64,000 bases of DNA from Candidatus Latescibacterota bacterium (lineage in GTDB: Bacteria; Latescibacterota; UBA2968; UBA8231). Made by a program: the position numbers and the translations under genes. The stretch covers positions 640,001-704,000 of the forward strand of contig CBDAOB010000003.1 in assembly GCA_965197905.1 (NCBI GenBank). The letters run 5' to 3'. Shown here one piece after another: positions 38,833 through 47,983 of this stretch; within the stretch, counting starts at the first letter, position 1; every line of letters begins with the position of its first letter. The notes under the pieces were generated by a model that saw only the letters and a program-made list of their open reading frames with translations, was not told the origin of the DNA and did no database searches.

Positions 38833-40953
38833 GTGGCCGAAAAAGTGACGGTAACAGGTGGCCTTCACCTTCCGGGTCGGGCGGTCGATCCACGCAAGGA
38901 TGTTGCTCTGGCCCGCATCTTTGAAGGTCTACGGCGACCGGCGCAGAAAGCCGTATTCCGGCGCCCGGGCGAGGAAGCCGGCGAGGATGCCGGTCAGCCG
39001 TTCTACGAACTGAGCCTCGGCGACATTCGAATCGCGATCCGCGCCGACGCCCTGAAAGCCTACGTCTCGAGCCCGATAACGATGGAAGATCTGCCGGGCC
39101 TCAACGATTCGATCGCCAACCTCAATTTCAAAAATCCCGAAAGTCCGACAGCCGCCAGAAAGGAGTGGACTCTGATCTGCACCGGCAAGGAACCGGTGGC
39201 AGCCGAAGGTGTCGTCTATTTCAGATCCGAGGGGGCCAGCGAAACCATATCAGCCTGCGACCTGGTGGGGCTTTCCAGCGAAGTTGACAACCTGCTCGCT
39301 GCGGAGGAGGTGGATGAGGCGCTCGCATTGCAGTTTCGGTGCCCCAGCACCGTACCCGGCAGCACCATAGCTCGCTTGCAAACGCACGAGAAGGAAGAGG
39401 AAGGGCGCGACGTGTTCGGGCATCTGTTGATGACGGAAAGTGCGCCGACACAACCCGAAGCTGGCACCAACGTGGAGGTCGAAGGCGACCGTTTTGTCGC
39501 CACTCGCTACGGATATGTCGTGCTCGAGGAAAATCGCCTGTCCGTGTTCTCACCGGTCATGCTGGACCAGCAACGGTTGTCGGCCAATTGGTGTGTCATC
39601 GATCCGCGCCCGCAACAGGTAGAGGCCGACATGCTGAAATCGTGGCTGGCGGAGCTCAATGTCGTGGATGGGATCCAGCAGGAGGCGATCGATTGGATGG
39701 CGCACGAGATCTTCTCAGGACGCCAGCACCTGGGTTTGCACAAGATCGCCGTTGGCAAACCTCCACGTCACGGTCATGACTCCGAGCTGGAGCTGCTGAT
39801 CGAACAGGATGAGCGCTACGGCAAGGTGCAGGATGATGGCAGTCGCGATTTTAGTGAGGTGGATTTTGGCAAGACCGTCACCAAAGGCCAGGAGATAGCC
39901 CGGCTCAGCCCCCCCACGAAAGGGACTGCTGGGCGGTCCATTAGGGGTGAGGAGATCCCCTGCCATCACGGTGTCAAGCGATCAGTCAAATCGGGAAAGG
40001 GAACCTGTATAGAGGAAGACGCCGATGGCGTCATCCATTACTTCTCCGAGACGGACGGCGTTCTTTCCCACTCCCCTACAGAGCTTTCCGTGATGGACTC
40101 CCTCGTGATCGAAGGAGATGTAGGATATGAGACGGGCAACCTGGAATTCAAGGGGGAAATCGTCGTTAAGGGTTCGGTGCAGAAGGGATACAACGTCAAG
40201 GCGAGTGGTGATGTAATCGTGTTTGGTCATGTGGATGGGGCCACCATCGCAGCGGGAGGAAACGCAGTCATTGGTGAAGGCATCTACGGCAGAAAAACGA
40301 TGGTGGTCACGCGTGGCGACGTGCGAGCGCAATTTGTTAACGAGTCAAAGCTTCGCTCTGGGGGGGACATTGTCCTAACAGCCCACAGTCTGGACGCCAC
40401 TTTGCGGGCAGATGGTTCTATTTGGGTCGGCATTCCATTTGGTGAGGTGGAGGGCAATGTGGTGGGTGGCCGCGCTTGGAGCCGCGGCGGCATCGAGGTC
40501 GTGGTCGCGGGCGGTCGGAACGCTTCTACCGAACTCACCTGCGGTCTCGATCCCGAACAGCTGCGCAACGTTGACCGCCTTAACCGCAAAATCGAGGAAG
40601 GGAATAAGCTGATCGCGCGCCAGCTGAACCGTTTTCAATTGACCACCTTGGATGTTGCTGCAATCCAGAAGCGGCTCGCGGCGTCAACCGGCTCGCGAAA
40701 GAAGGTGCTTGCGAAAGCAGCGAAACAGCTCGGCGAAATCGTTCAGGTGCACCAGAAGTTTCTGAAGGAGAGACGGCAATTAGAGCGAGGCGGTTCCATC
40801 GGCACGGGGGAAGCGGAGATCAAGGCGACTGAAGCGGTGCACTCGGGAGTGATCGTAAGGATCGGCGATCAGACCCGGCGCATCAGAGACAATCTGGAAT
40901 CGACCATGTTCACCCTCGGTGACCGCGGAGTTGTAGCGAAGGCGATCTACTAG
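38833..40953 (+). CDS. FapA/DUF342 family protein
   Basis: GKPPRHG, PPTKGTAGRSIRGE, GDVGYETGNLEFKGEIVVKGSV, beta-helix repeats and a C-terminal coil. Start taken as GTG 38833. Confidence 0.85.
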   Translation: MAEKVTVTGGLHLPGRAVDPRKDVALARIFEGLRRPAQKAVFRRPGEEAGEDAGQPFYELSLGDIRIAIRADALKAYVSSPITMEDLPGLNDSIANLNFKNPESPTAARKEWTLICTGKEPVAAEGVVYFRSEGASETISACDLVGLSSEVDNLLAAEEVDEALALQFRCPSTVPGSTIARLQTHEKEEEGRDVFGHLLMTESAPTQPEAGTNVEVEGDRFVATRYGYVVLEENRLSVFSPVMLDQQRLSANWCVIDPRPQQVEADMLKSWLAELNVVDGIQQEAIDWMAHEIFSGRQHLGLHKIAVGKPPRHGHDSELELLIEQDERYGKVQDDGSRDFSEVDFGKTVTKGQEIARLSPPTKGTAGRSIRGEEIPCHHGVKRSVKSGKGTCIEEDADGVIHYFSETDGVLSHSPTELSVMDSLVIEGDVGYETGNLEFKGEIVVKGSVQKGYNVKASGDVIVFGHVDGATIAAGGNAVIGEGIYGRKTMVVTRGDVRAQFVNESKLRSGGDIVLTAHSLDATLRADGSIWVGIPFGEVEGNVVGGRAWSRGGIEVVVAGGRNASTELTCGLDPEQLRNVDRLNRKIEEGNKLIARQLNRFQLTTLDVAAIQKRLAASTGSRKKVLAKAAKQLGEIVQVHQKFLKERRQLERGGSIGTGEAEIKATEAVHSGVIVRIGDQTRRIRDNLESTMFTLGDRGVVAKAIY

Positions 40954-40984
40954 CGCTGACTTGCGGGTCCGACCTCGCTTATAC

Positions 40985-42436
40985 TTACTGAAACTTCTGA
41001 AACGCAGGCTCTTCCCCGGGAACCGGAGAATTGTCGAACGTCCCGTGTCGCATGACGGCCTCCCGCCCCCCAAACGCTTCGACCTTTTCCCGTTGACTCT
41101 TGCGTGCGCGTACGTCGATCTCTTCCGGATCGAGCAACGTTCGCAGTTGCTGTTCGAACTGAGAGATGAGCTTTTCATGCCCCGGTGAGGAGGCCAGATC
41201 CTCGCGCTCTTCCGGATCCGCAGATAGGTCGAAAAGTTGGGCCGGCGAGCCCACGTGATACAGGTACTTGTACCGCACCCCGCGCAGCATGTAGGTGGCG
41301 TTTCGCGAGCCGACGGCATGATACTCACTCAGGACCGTGCGGTCGCTATCGGCCTCGCTGGCTATTTCCCAGAGGGACCTGCCAGGTAGATCGTCGTCTG
41401 CCGCCTCGGATTCAACACCCAGCCCCTGCAACACCGTAGGGAAACAGTCGACCAGCGACACGGGTGTGGTCACGACGCGATCCTTTGGCACTTCCTGACC
41501 CGCCATCAACAGCGGTACGGCTGCCGACTCGTCGTACATCGTGTGTTTGCCGAAGAGCCCTCGCGCGCCCGCGCTCTCGCCGTGATCCGACGTGTAGATG
41601 ATGCGGGTCGAATCGCGTCCTCCGGTTTGGTCCAGTGCATCCAGGACACGGCCGATCTGACGATCCAGATAGGTGCAGGTGCCCCAGTAGGCAGCGATCA
41701 TGTTGCGGATGATCGCCTCGTCGAACTGCTCCTGATGATTCAGACTGCGACGGCATTCTTCCCATGCTGGGTGACGCGGCCAATCCGCTTCACGCCATTG
41801 ACTCGGAAGCACCACATCCTCAACGGGGTAGCGGGCGAAATCTTCCGGCGGCGCGATGTAGGGCGGATGCGGACAGACGAAGGATATAAACAGCATCCAC
41901 GGTTTATTGTCCCCGGCATGCTCGTCGATCCACTGACAGGCATGGTCCGCATTGCTGGCGTCGTAGTGCAGATAGGTGGAGTCGCCGGGGCCGGCGGTCT
42001 CGATACCGGGGCGCTTGTCCCGCACCGGTGCCTCTTCCCGCAGACAACTGAGCACATCCCCTTCGCCGTCCACTACATGTAACGGATCGATCTCCCGGCT
42101 GAAACCGTTGTCGTCGTCGGCGCTGCGAAAGTGCAGCTTGCCGATGGAGTCGACCTGATGGCCGGCCGCTCGGAGGCGGTGCCCCCAGCTGGGCACTTCA
42201 CCGTGGTAGGGAAAGGCGTTGTCCCAGTTCCCCAACCGGTGCACGTAGCGCCCGGTGGCGAGGGAGGCGCGCGCCGGAACGCAGATCGGACAGTTGGTGT
42301 AGGCGCTGGTAAACCGCGTTCCTTGTGAGGCCAGGCGGTCCAGGTTGGGTGTTTGCACCATGGGATGGCCATAACACGCGGCGACATCGCGACTGTGCTG
42401 GTCGGACAGGATAAAGAGCAGGTTTGCCGGCTTCAT
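40985..42436 (-). CDS. Cys-type sulfatase (choline-sulfatase-like)
   Basis: NLLFILSDQH, CVPARAS (CxPxR), GKLH, SDHGE and K...YDES. Confidence 0.93.
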   Translation of the reverse strand: MKPANLLFILSDQHSRDVAACYGHPMVQTPNLDRLASQGTRFTSAYTNCPICVPARASLATGRYVHRLGNWDNAFPYHGEVPSWGHRLRAAGHQVDSIGKLHFRSADDDNGFSREIDPLHVVDGEGDVLSCLREEAPVRDKRPGIETAGPGDSTYLHYDASNADHACQWIDEHAGDNKPWMLFISFVCPHPPYIAPPEDFARYPVEDVVLPSQWREADWPRHPAWEECRRSLNHQEQFDEAIIRNMIAAYWGTCTYLDRQIGRVLDALDQTGGRDSTRIIYTSDHGESAGARGLFGKHTMYDESAAVPLLMAGQEVPKDRVVTTPVSLVDCFPTVLQGLGVESEAADDDLPGRSLWEIASEADSDRTVLSEYHAVGSRNATYMLRGVRYKYLYHVGSPAQLFDLSADPEEREDLASSPGHEKLISQFEQQLRTLLDPEEIDVRARKSQREKVEAFGGREAVMRHGTFDNSPVPGEEPAFQKFQ

Positions 42437-42605
42437 GGAGATCTTGTCAAATTGTCGAAACGCGAATCCAAGTTACCCACTCGGAATAGGGGAACCGCTA
42501 TTATAGGTGATATTTGCTACGGCGGAAATTCGGTGTCGCCTTGACTGCGCGCCTGGGTTGAAAGTTCCTCGCCGACACCGCGTTGGTCCTCGACGAGAGA
42601 ATTTT

Positions 42606-42634
42606 TTGATCCCCACAAGCGGCCTGTCTATATT
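42606..42634 (+). promoter_or_regulatory. Sigma70-type promoter
   Basis: TTGATC, N17, TATATT, about 50 nt upstream of ATG 42686. Confidence 0.4.
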
Positions 42635-42685
42635 GATTCGCGCGCGGACCATTGCCGCCGCGACAAGAAAAGGGAGCTAATATCG

Positions 42686-43567
42686 ATGTTGGAAATGAGC
42701 GATCGGGAAAAGTTTTTGTTCGATATGCGCGGTTATCTGCTCGTCCCCGACTTTCTCTCCCAGGAGGACGTCGCGAAGATGAACGATGCCGTGGACGTCC
42801 ACGAAGATCAGGGCACGGAAGATTCCAAGATGTACGGGGGCGGCATGCTGGGCACCGAGAACCGCCGCGGGTTGGGAGGATTGGTGACCTGGAAGCAGCC
42901 TTACTGCCAGCCCTTCCGCGACCTGATCGCCCATCCCAAGCTGATTCCTTACCTCAACACGATCCTTGGCCGTGGCTGGCGCCTGGAGGGACCTCCTTCG
43001 GCCATCACGTCACCGAAAGGGGCAGGCGGGCACGGCCTTCACGGAACCACTAACCGCCAGTTCCGCGGCGCCGAGTGTTACATACACACCAACGGTCAGA
43101 TTCGTGCCGGCTTGACTATTCTGCAGGTTCAGCTTCACGACATTCACGAAGGCGACGGCGGCATCGCGGTGATTCCGGGCAGCCACAAAGCCAACTTCAA
43201 GTGTCCCGAAGAGATCATGCTCTACGAAAAGGACCAGGAGGTGGTTTACAACGTGGAAAGCAAGGCCGGCGATCTGGTCATCTTCATGGAGGCTACCCTT
43301 CACGGGGCCCTGCCGTGGAACGCAGAGTACGATCGCCGCTCGGTCCTGTGGTCCTACGCGCCGAAGTACATGACCTACCACGACGAGCTCTACGAAGCCA
43401 AGCTGCCGGACTGGGTCGACGAGCTGACCGAGGCCCAGCGGGCCGCCATGGAGCCGGCTTACATGTACAGCCGTCCGCTAATCGCCGACGACGGCGTGTC
43501 CATCGACCAGCCCAATACCGAGCCGGTGCCTTACATCCCGCGCTCGGTTGAAGAGCGGGGACATTGA
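42686..43567 (+). CDS. PhyH-family Fe(II)/2OG enzyme (HxT variant), tandem paralog 1
   Basis: FLFDMRGYL, LHGT, GGIAVIPGSHK, AGDLVIF and TLHG...RRS. Confidence 0.9.
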   Translation: MLEMSDREKFLFDMRGYLLVPDFLSQEDVAKMNDAVDVHEDQGTEDSKMYGGGMLGTENRRGLGGLVTWKQPYCQPFRDLIAHPKLIPYLNTILGRGWRLEGPPSAITSPKGAGGHGLHGTTNRQFRGAECYIHTNGQIRAGLTILQVQLHDIHEGDGGIAVIPGSHKANFKCPEEIMLYEKDQEVVYNVESKAGDLVIFMEATLHGALPWNAEYDRRSVLWSYAPKYMTYHDELYEAKLPDWVDELTEAQRAAMEPAYMYSRPLIADDGVSIDQPNTEPVPYIPRSVEERGH

Positions 43568-43612
43568 TCGTCACAACCACTTTCGACACCAGCCAACAGG
43601 GGATCTAGGAAA

Positions 43613-44506
43613 ATGTTAGAAATGACCGAACGGCAGAAGTTTCTCTTCGACCTGCAAGGCTTTCTGCAGGTCAAAGGGGTTCTGAGTGCCGACGAAGTAA
43701 AGGCGCTGAACGACGCGATAGATGCTCACATTGGGGACGAGAATGCGGAGGACCATTTTTCCAAGGGCGCTCCCTATGGCGGCGGCATGGACGGCGACTA
43801 CAGTGGCAGTGGGTGTAGCGGGATGCTCACCTGGGAGAAACCCTATTGTCTGCCGTTTCGCGAGCTGATAGCTCATCCTCACGTCATCCCCTACCTTAAC
43901 TCCATTTTCGGCCGCGGCTGGCGCATGGATCACCTGCCGTTCGTCAAGACTGCGCGCAAGGGCACCGGCGGCCATGGTCTTCACGGTGCCACCAGTATCG
44001 CTTTCGATGGCGGCCAGATGTACAACTACACCAACGGTGAAATCCGCACCGGCATGGCCGTTTTCCAGTTTCAGCTGGCGGATATCAATCCCGGAGATGG
44101 GGGCATTGCGGTCATTCCTGGCAGCCACAAGTCGAACTTCCATTGCCCGCATGATATCCTGCTCTACGAGAACGATCATCAGGTGGTGCGCAATGTAGAA
44201 GGCAAGGCGGGGGATCTGGTGATCTTTCTCGAAGCTACCATCCACGGCGCTTTGCCGTGGACCGCGGATCACCATCGCCGTTCGCTGTTTTATCGCTACA
44301 GCCCGAAATACGTCAACTTCCACTCCGATTACATCGAGACGAAACTCCCAGATTGGGTGGACGAGCTGACGGACGTACAGAAGGCGGTGGTGCAGCCACC
44401 CTACGTCTACGAACGGCCCATGCTGGAGGATGACGGCGTCACCCTGGTCTACCCCCAGGAGGAGCCGGATCCCCAGAACCGACCTCAAAAGAAAGTGCCG
44501 CGCTGA
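43613..44506 (+). CDS. PhyH-family Fe(II)/2OG enzyme (HxA variant), tandem paralog 2
   Basis: FLFDLQGFL, LHGA, GGIAVIPGSHK and TIHG...RRS. Closely similar to the preceding gene along its length. Confidence 0.9.
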   Translation: MLEMTERQKFLFDLQGFLQVKGVLSADEVKALNDAIDAHIGDENAEDHFSKGAPYGGGMDGDYSGSGCSGMLTWEKPYCLPFRELIAHPHVIPYLNSIFGRGWRMDHLPFVKTARKGTGGHGLHGATSIAFDGGQMYNYTNGEIRTGMAVFQFQLADINPGDGGIAVIPGSHKSNFHCPHDILLYENDHQVVRNVEGKAGDLVIFLEATIHGALPWTADHHRRSLFYRYSPKYVNFHSDYIETKLPDWVDELTDVQKAVVQPPYVYERPMLEDDGVTLVYPQEEPDPQNRPQKKVPR

Positions 44507-44580
44507 TCGACGCCGCGGCCACTTCCGCGGGGCTCCCTCCGATCATTGCGAAGACGGCACCTGCCGCTTTCACCTTCGCA

Positions 44581-45432
44581 ATGATCGGCTGGATCTTCGT
44601 TGTGGCCTCCGGCTGTACCACCATCGAGTCGCGCAACGGTCCGGCTGCGGCCGCTGACGGCACCGGTCCGTTCTCCCACGAACTGTTGGATCGCCTGCTG
44701 TCCCGGGTCGTCGACGATGAGGGCCGAGTGGATTACGCCTCTCTCAAGCGAGAACCGCGCGAGTTGGACGCTTACTACCGCTTATTGAGTCAGGTAAGTC
44801 CGGACAGTCATCCGCAGCGCTTCCCCCATCACAACGATCGTCTGGCCTACTGGATCAATGCCTACAACGCCGCGGTGTTGCGTACGGTGCAGGAGTATTA
44901 TCCGATTACGACTGTCGGAGAGGTCAAACCTCCGTGGCTGTTCTTCGTCATGCCGGATCGCTCGGGGTTTTTCTACTTCCAGCGACCGATATTCGGGGGC
45001 GAGAAGATCAGTCTATACGATCTGGAACATGACATCGTACGGGCGCGCTTCGGTGATGCCCGCATTCATTTCGCGCTGAATTGCGCCTCGGGCGGCTGTC
45101 CCAATCTGCCTCAACAGGCATTTCGAAGCGCGGAGCTGGACGACCAGCTCGATCGCGAAGCGCGCCGGTTCGTGAGCGAAAGGCGCAACGTGTATGTCGA
45201 TGATGGGAAAAAGGAGATTCGGCTGTCCGCCATATTTGAGTGGTACGAAGAGGATTTCGAGGCTGAGATCGACACTCCGATCGACAAGGAGCACGGCGCC
45301 GTTCTTGAGTATATAGCCGGGTACCTACCGCCAGCCACAGCTAGTCAGTTGCGGGTAGTCTCCACGAAGTACTCCGTGGTGTTCACCCCATACGACTGGT
45401 CCCTCAACGATCGGCAACTGTCGCCTCCTTAG
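44581..45432 (+). CDS. DUF547 domain lipoprotein
   Basis: Lipobox-like VASGC. Motifs GRVDY, LAYWINAYN, RIHFALNCASGGCP and LSAIFEWYEEDF. Confidence 0.9.
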   Translation: MIGWIFVVASGCTTIESRNGPAAAADGTGPFSHELLDRLLSRVVDDEGRVDYASLKREPRELDAYYRLLSQVSPDSHPQRFPHHNDRLAYWINAYNAAVLRTVQEYYPITTVGEVKPPWLFFVMPDRSGFFYFQRPIFGGEKISLYDLEHDIVRARFGDARIHFALNCASGGCPNLPQQAFRSAELDDQLDREARRFVSERRNVYVDDGKKEIRLSAIFEWYEEDFEAEIDTPIDKEHGAVLEYIAGYLPPATASQLRVVSTKYSVVFTPYDWSLNDRQLSPP

Positions 45433-46775
45433 CAGCTCGACTCCCCGCCAAGCTCGTCACATCTCTTGCTGGTGCCGACCGCAGCCGGCGCTGGTTCAGC
45501 TGCCGGCGCAGCGAGGTCGCGTTCACCTCACACATGGAAACCAGCTCGCCATCCACCGGGACCCGGAAAACGCAGCTTTGCAGCCGCTCCTTGCCCCGGG
45601 GAGTTTCCATTTCGTCGGCATCCATGAAACTGTGCACTACCACCAGCAATGGTCGTACTCGGGGCAGGCCGAAGGGACGGCGAAGCTGGCGCCACAAGAG
45701 GGTTGGCTGCCCCCACAAGCGATAGAAGGCATACAACGGAAGCTCCGCCAATAGCAACGGCCGGCGCCACAGCGATTTGAACAAAGCCCATAGATTACCG
45801 CCGATACCACCCGCGGAATCGCCGCACTCCGCCAGCAGCTCCAGCAGGTTTCGAAAGAAACGTAGATCCCACTTCCTATCGCGGCGCACCGCCTCCACTA
45901 TCTCCAGCTCCCCTCCCTGCTCCACCACCAGAAGAGGTACGGTGATGTTGCATTCCCGGTGCCCGAAATGCATGGCGTCGCGATTGAGTGACTTGCCGGC
46001 TCCGGCGCATACCTCTTGCCACACCCGGTCCATGATCGAAGTCCCTGGCGCAGCCCTGTCCGTGGTTCGACCCACTTCCGCGACCGGAAGAAAACTGATG
46101 ATGCGAAAGCGGGCGGCGTTCCGCAGCGCCCAGCACATGACGTCCGCAACACCAGACAGATTGTCGGCGGTCACGGTGACGGTCTGCGCGGCGTGCAGCG
46201 GTTTTCCCGTCTCCCTGCGCACCGTGTCCACCAATTTTGCAAAGCGTTCTCGGAGGGGATGGACATCGGCGCTCGGAGGTGCCCGGCACCAGCCCCGGCC
46301 GGCCCTGTTGCGTCGTGTCGATATGGAAACTGGCTTTGCGCAGCCCGTACCGCCTGACCAGCTCCAGAAGATAGTCCGGTTTTTGCAGAAACCGCTGACC
46401 ATTGGTCATGACCATGGGGTCCAAACCGATTCCGAGCGCGTAGGCAATGATGTTGCCCAGCTGCTCCACCGGGAGCAGGGTTACTTCCCCGGACGTGATT
46501 TGGACCTTGCCGCCATAGCCCAGGTATTGTCGCAGGGCATCGAGCTGCGCTTTGGCTTCCTCGAAGGGCGCAGGAGTCGTGTCGTTGGCAAACTCGCTTA
46601 GATAACAACTGGTGCAGGAGAAGTTGCAGCGTTCCATCAGGCTGTGGGTGGCACCGCAGGCGACCGCGCCGACGCCGGCCAGCTGCTGCGGCGAGCGCAC
46701 CCCCTCGGGAAGCTCCTGCCACTTAGTGTCGAGAAGGGTCTTGAGATCGGCGAAGCCGTACGGCATCGTGGTCAC
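45404..46775 (-). CDS. Radical SAM protein (Tes/MJ0619-like C-terminal motifs), frameshifted near 46271
   Basis: CNFSCTSC, QITSGE, MTNG and HID in the 5' frame. The 3' frame continues ADVHPLRERF...SFLPVAEVGR...HSFMD...ERLQSC...SMCEVN. Removing one C gives TSEADVHPLR. GTG 46775 overlaps the upstream TGA. Confidence 0.8.
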
Positions 46776-47850
46776 GGAAAGTCCAGGTCCCGGGCACATC
46801 GAAAACCGATTGAGGTGGTTGCTCGTACCGGCAACCACGCTATCCGTCGAGTCGCCAAGGATGACTGCGCCCGCGATGGCGTCCAGGTCCAGTTCCCTCC
46901 CCGAACAACGCGAAGCCCGGCACCTACCGGCTCATCCGGGCCGGCAGGATTCTCCGTCGGGCTTCTACGGTAATATTCCGTCTCGAACCAATCCTGCACC
47001 CATTCGCTCACGTTGCCGCCGAAGTCCCGCACCCCGTCCGGCGTGGCGTCTCCGACAAAACTTCCCACCGGCGCTGTGTTCAAGTAGTCATCTTCGTCGG
47101 CGGCAATGTTGGCATCTCCCGCTACATACTCCTCGCCCCACGGAAAGGGGCGACCGTCCTTGCCGCGGGCCGCTTTCTCCCACTCCGCCTCCGTAGGCAA
47201 TCGATCGCCGCGCCAAGCGCAGTAGGCCTGTGCATCTTCCCACCACACTCCAACCACGGGATGATCTCGGAACCCAGGGGGAGACTCGGCACCGATCCAT
47301 TCGTTCCAGGAGGCAAGCCCGTCGTCGACCTTGGGAACGCGCCAAGATCTCATACGCAGGAAAGCCGAATACTGGCCGTTGGCAACCTCGTAGGAGTCTA
47401 TGTAGAACGGATCGAGGGTGACATCGTGGGCGGGCCGTTCCTCACTCGCCCCTTCATCGTTGCCCATGGTAAATTCCCCGCCTTCGATCAGGATCATCTG
47501 GTGAGTGGTTCCGGCGGGCGTGGTGATGTCGATGGTGGCAATGTCCGCCTCGATAAAACGACCGAACGAGTCGGCGAAGAGAAAAAGAGATCGTCGAAGT
47601 CGACGCGGCCGTTGCTATCCAGATCGAAATTCTCCGCCTCGGTTCCCGCGACGCCGAATGCCCCCACGTACTGAAAAAAATCCTCGAATCCGACGATGCT
47701 GTTGCCGCTGAAGTCGGCACGGATCACGGCCTCCGGCACGACACCGGGTTCGAGCTCGCCCAAGGGGTCCTGAGCGTACAGGTCCGTCGAGGCAGCTACT
47801 CTGAGCATGCCTGTTGTGAGAAACATCTGCAGCACGCGTTTTGCGATCAT
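46772..47850 (-). CDS. Secreted dockerin-like EF-hand pair + FGE-sulfatase (SUMF1-fold) protein, frameshifted at A-run ~47582-47586
   Basis: DFSGNSIVGFEDFF and DLDSNGRVDFDDLF continue in another frame as LFADSFG...MILIEGGEFTMG. Motifs RLPTEAEWEKAARG, GNVSEW, RGG and GFRC. Confidence 0.85.
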
Positions 47851-47983
47851 GACAGAAAATCAGGGGAATCGAGGCACAGGCACAAAACTCGGTGGCGGAC
47901 TAGCTGCCTGTCAAAGGAGTGTTGATCCGAGTCCCCGTGGATCGTATGCTAGAGCGTTCGCAGACCCGGGAGACAACGGTAGG

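Noticed and set aside
44581..46775. Arsenosugar (ArsS)-type cluster suggested by DUF547 next to a radical SAM
   Set aside because: The genes are convergent, the associated glycosyltransferases and methyltransferase are absent, and the radical SAM motifs do not look ArsS-like.
46772..47497. FGE-fold protein as the maturase for the nearby sulfatase
   Set aside because: The catalytic Cys pair expected after RGG is absent (RGGNWTWTPS), so it is probably a binding domain.
46772..47497. Diversity-generating retroelement target (FGE/CLec fold)
   Set aside because: I saw no reverse transcriptase and no adenine-variant template repeat in the window.
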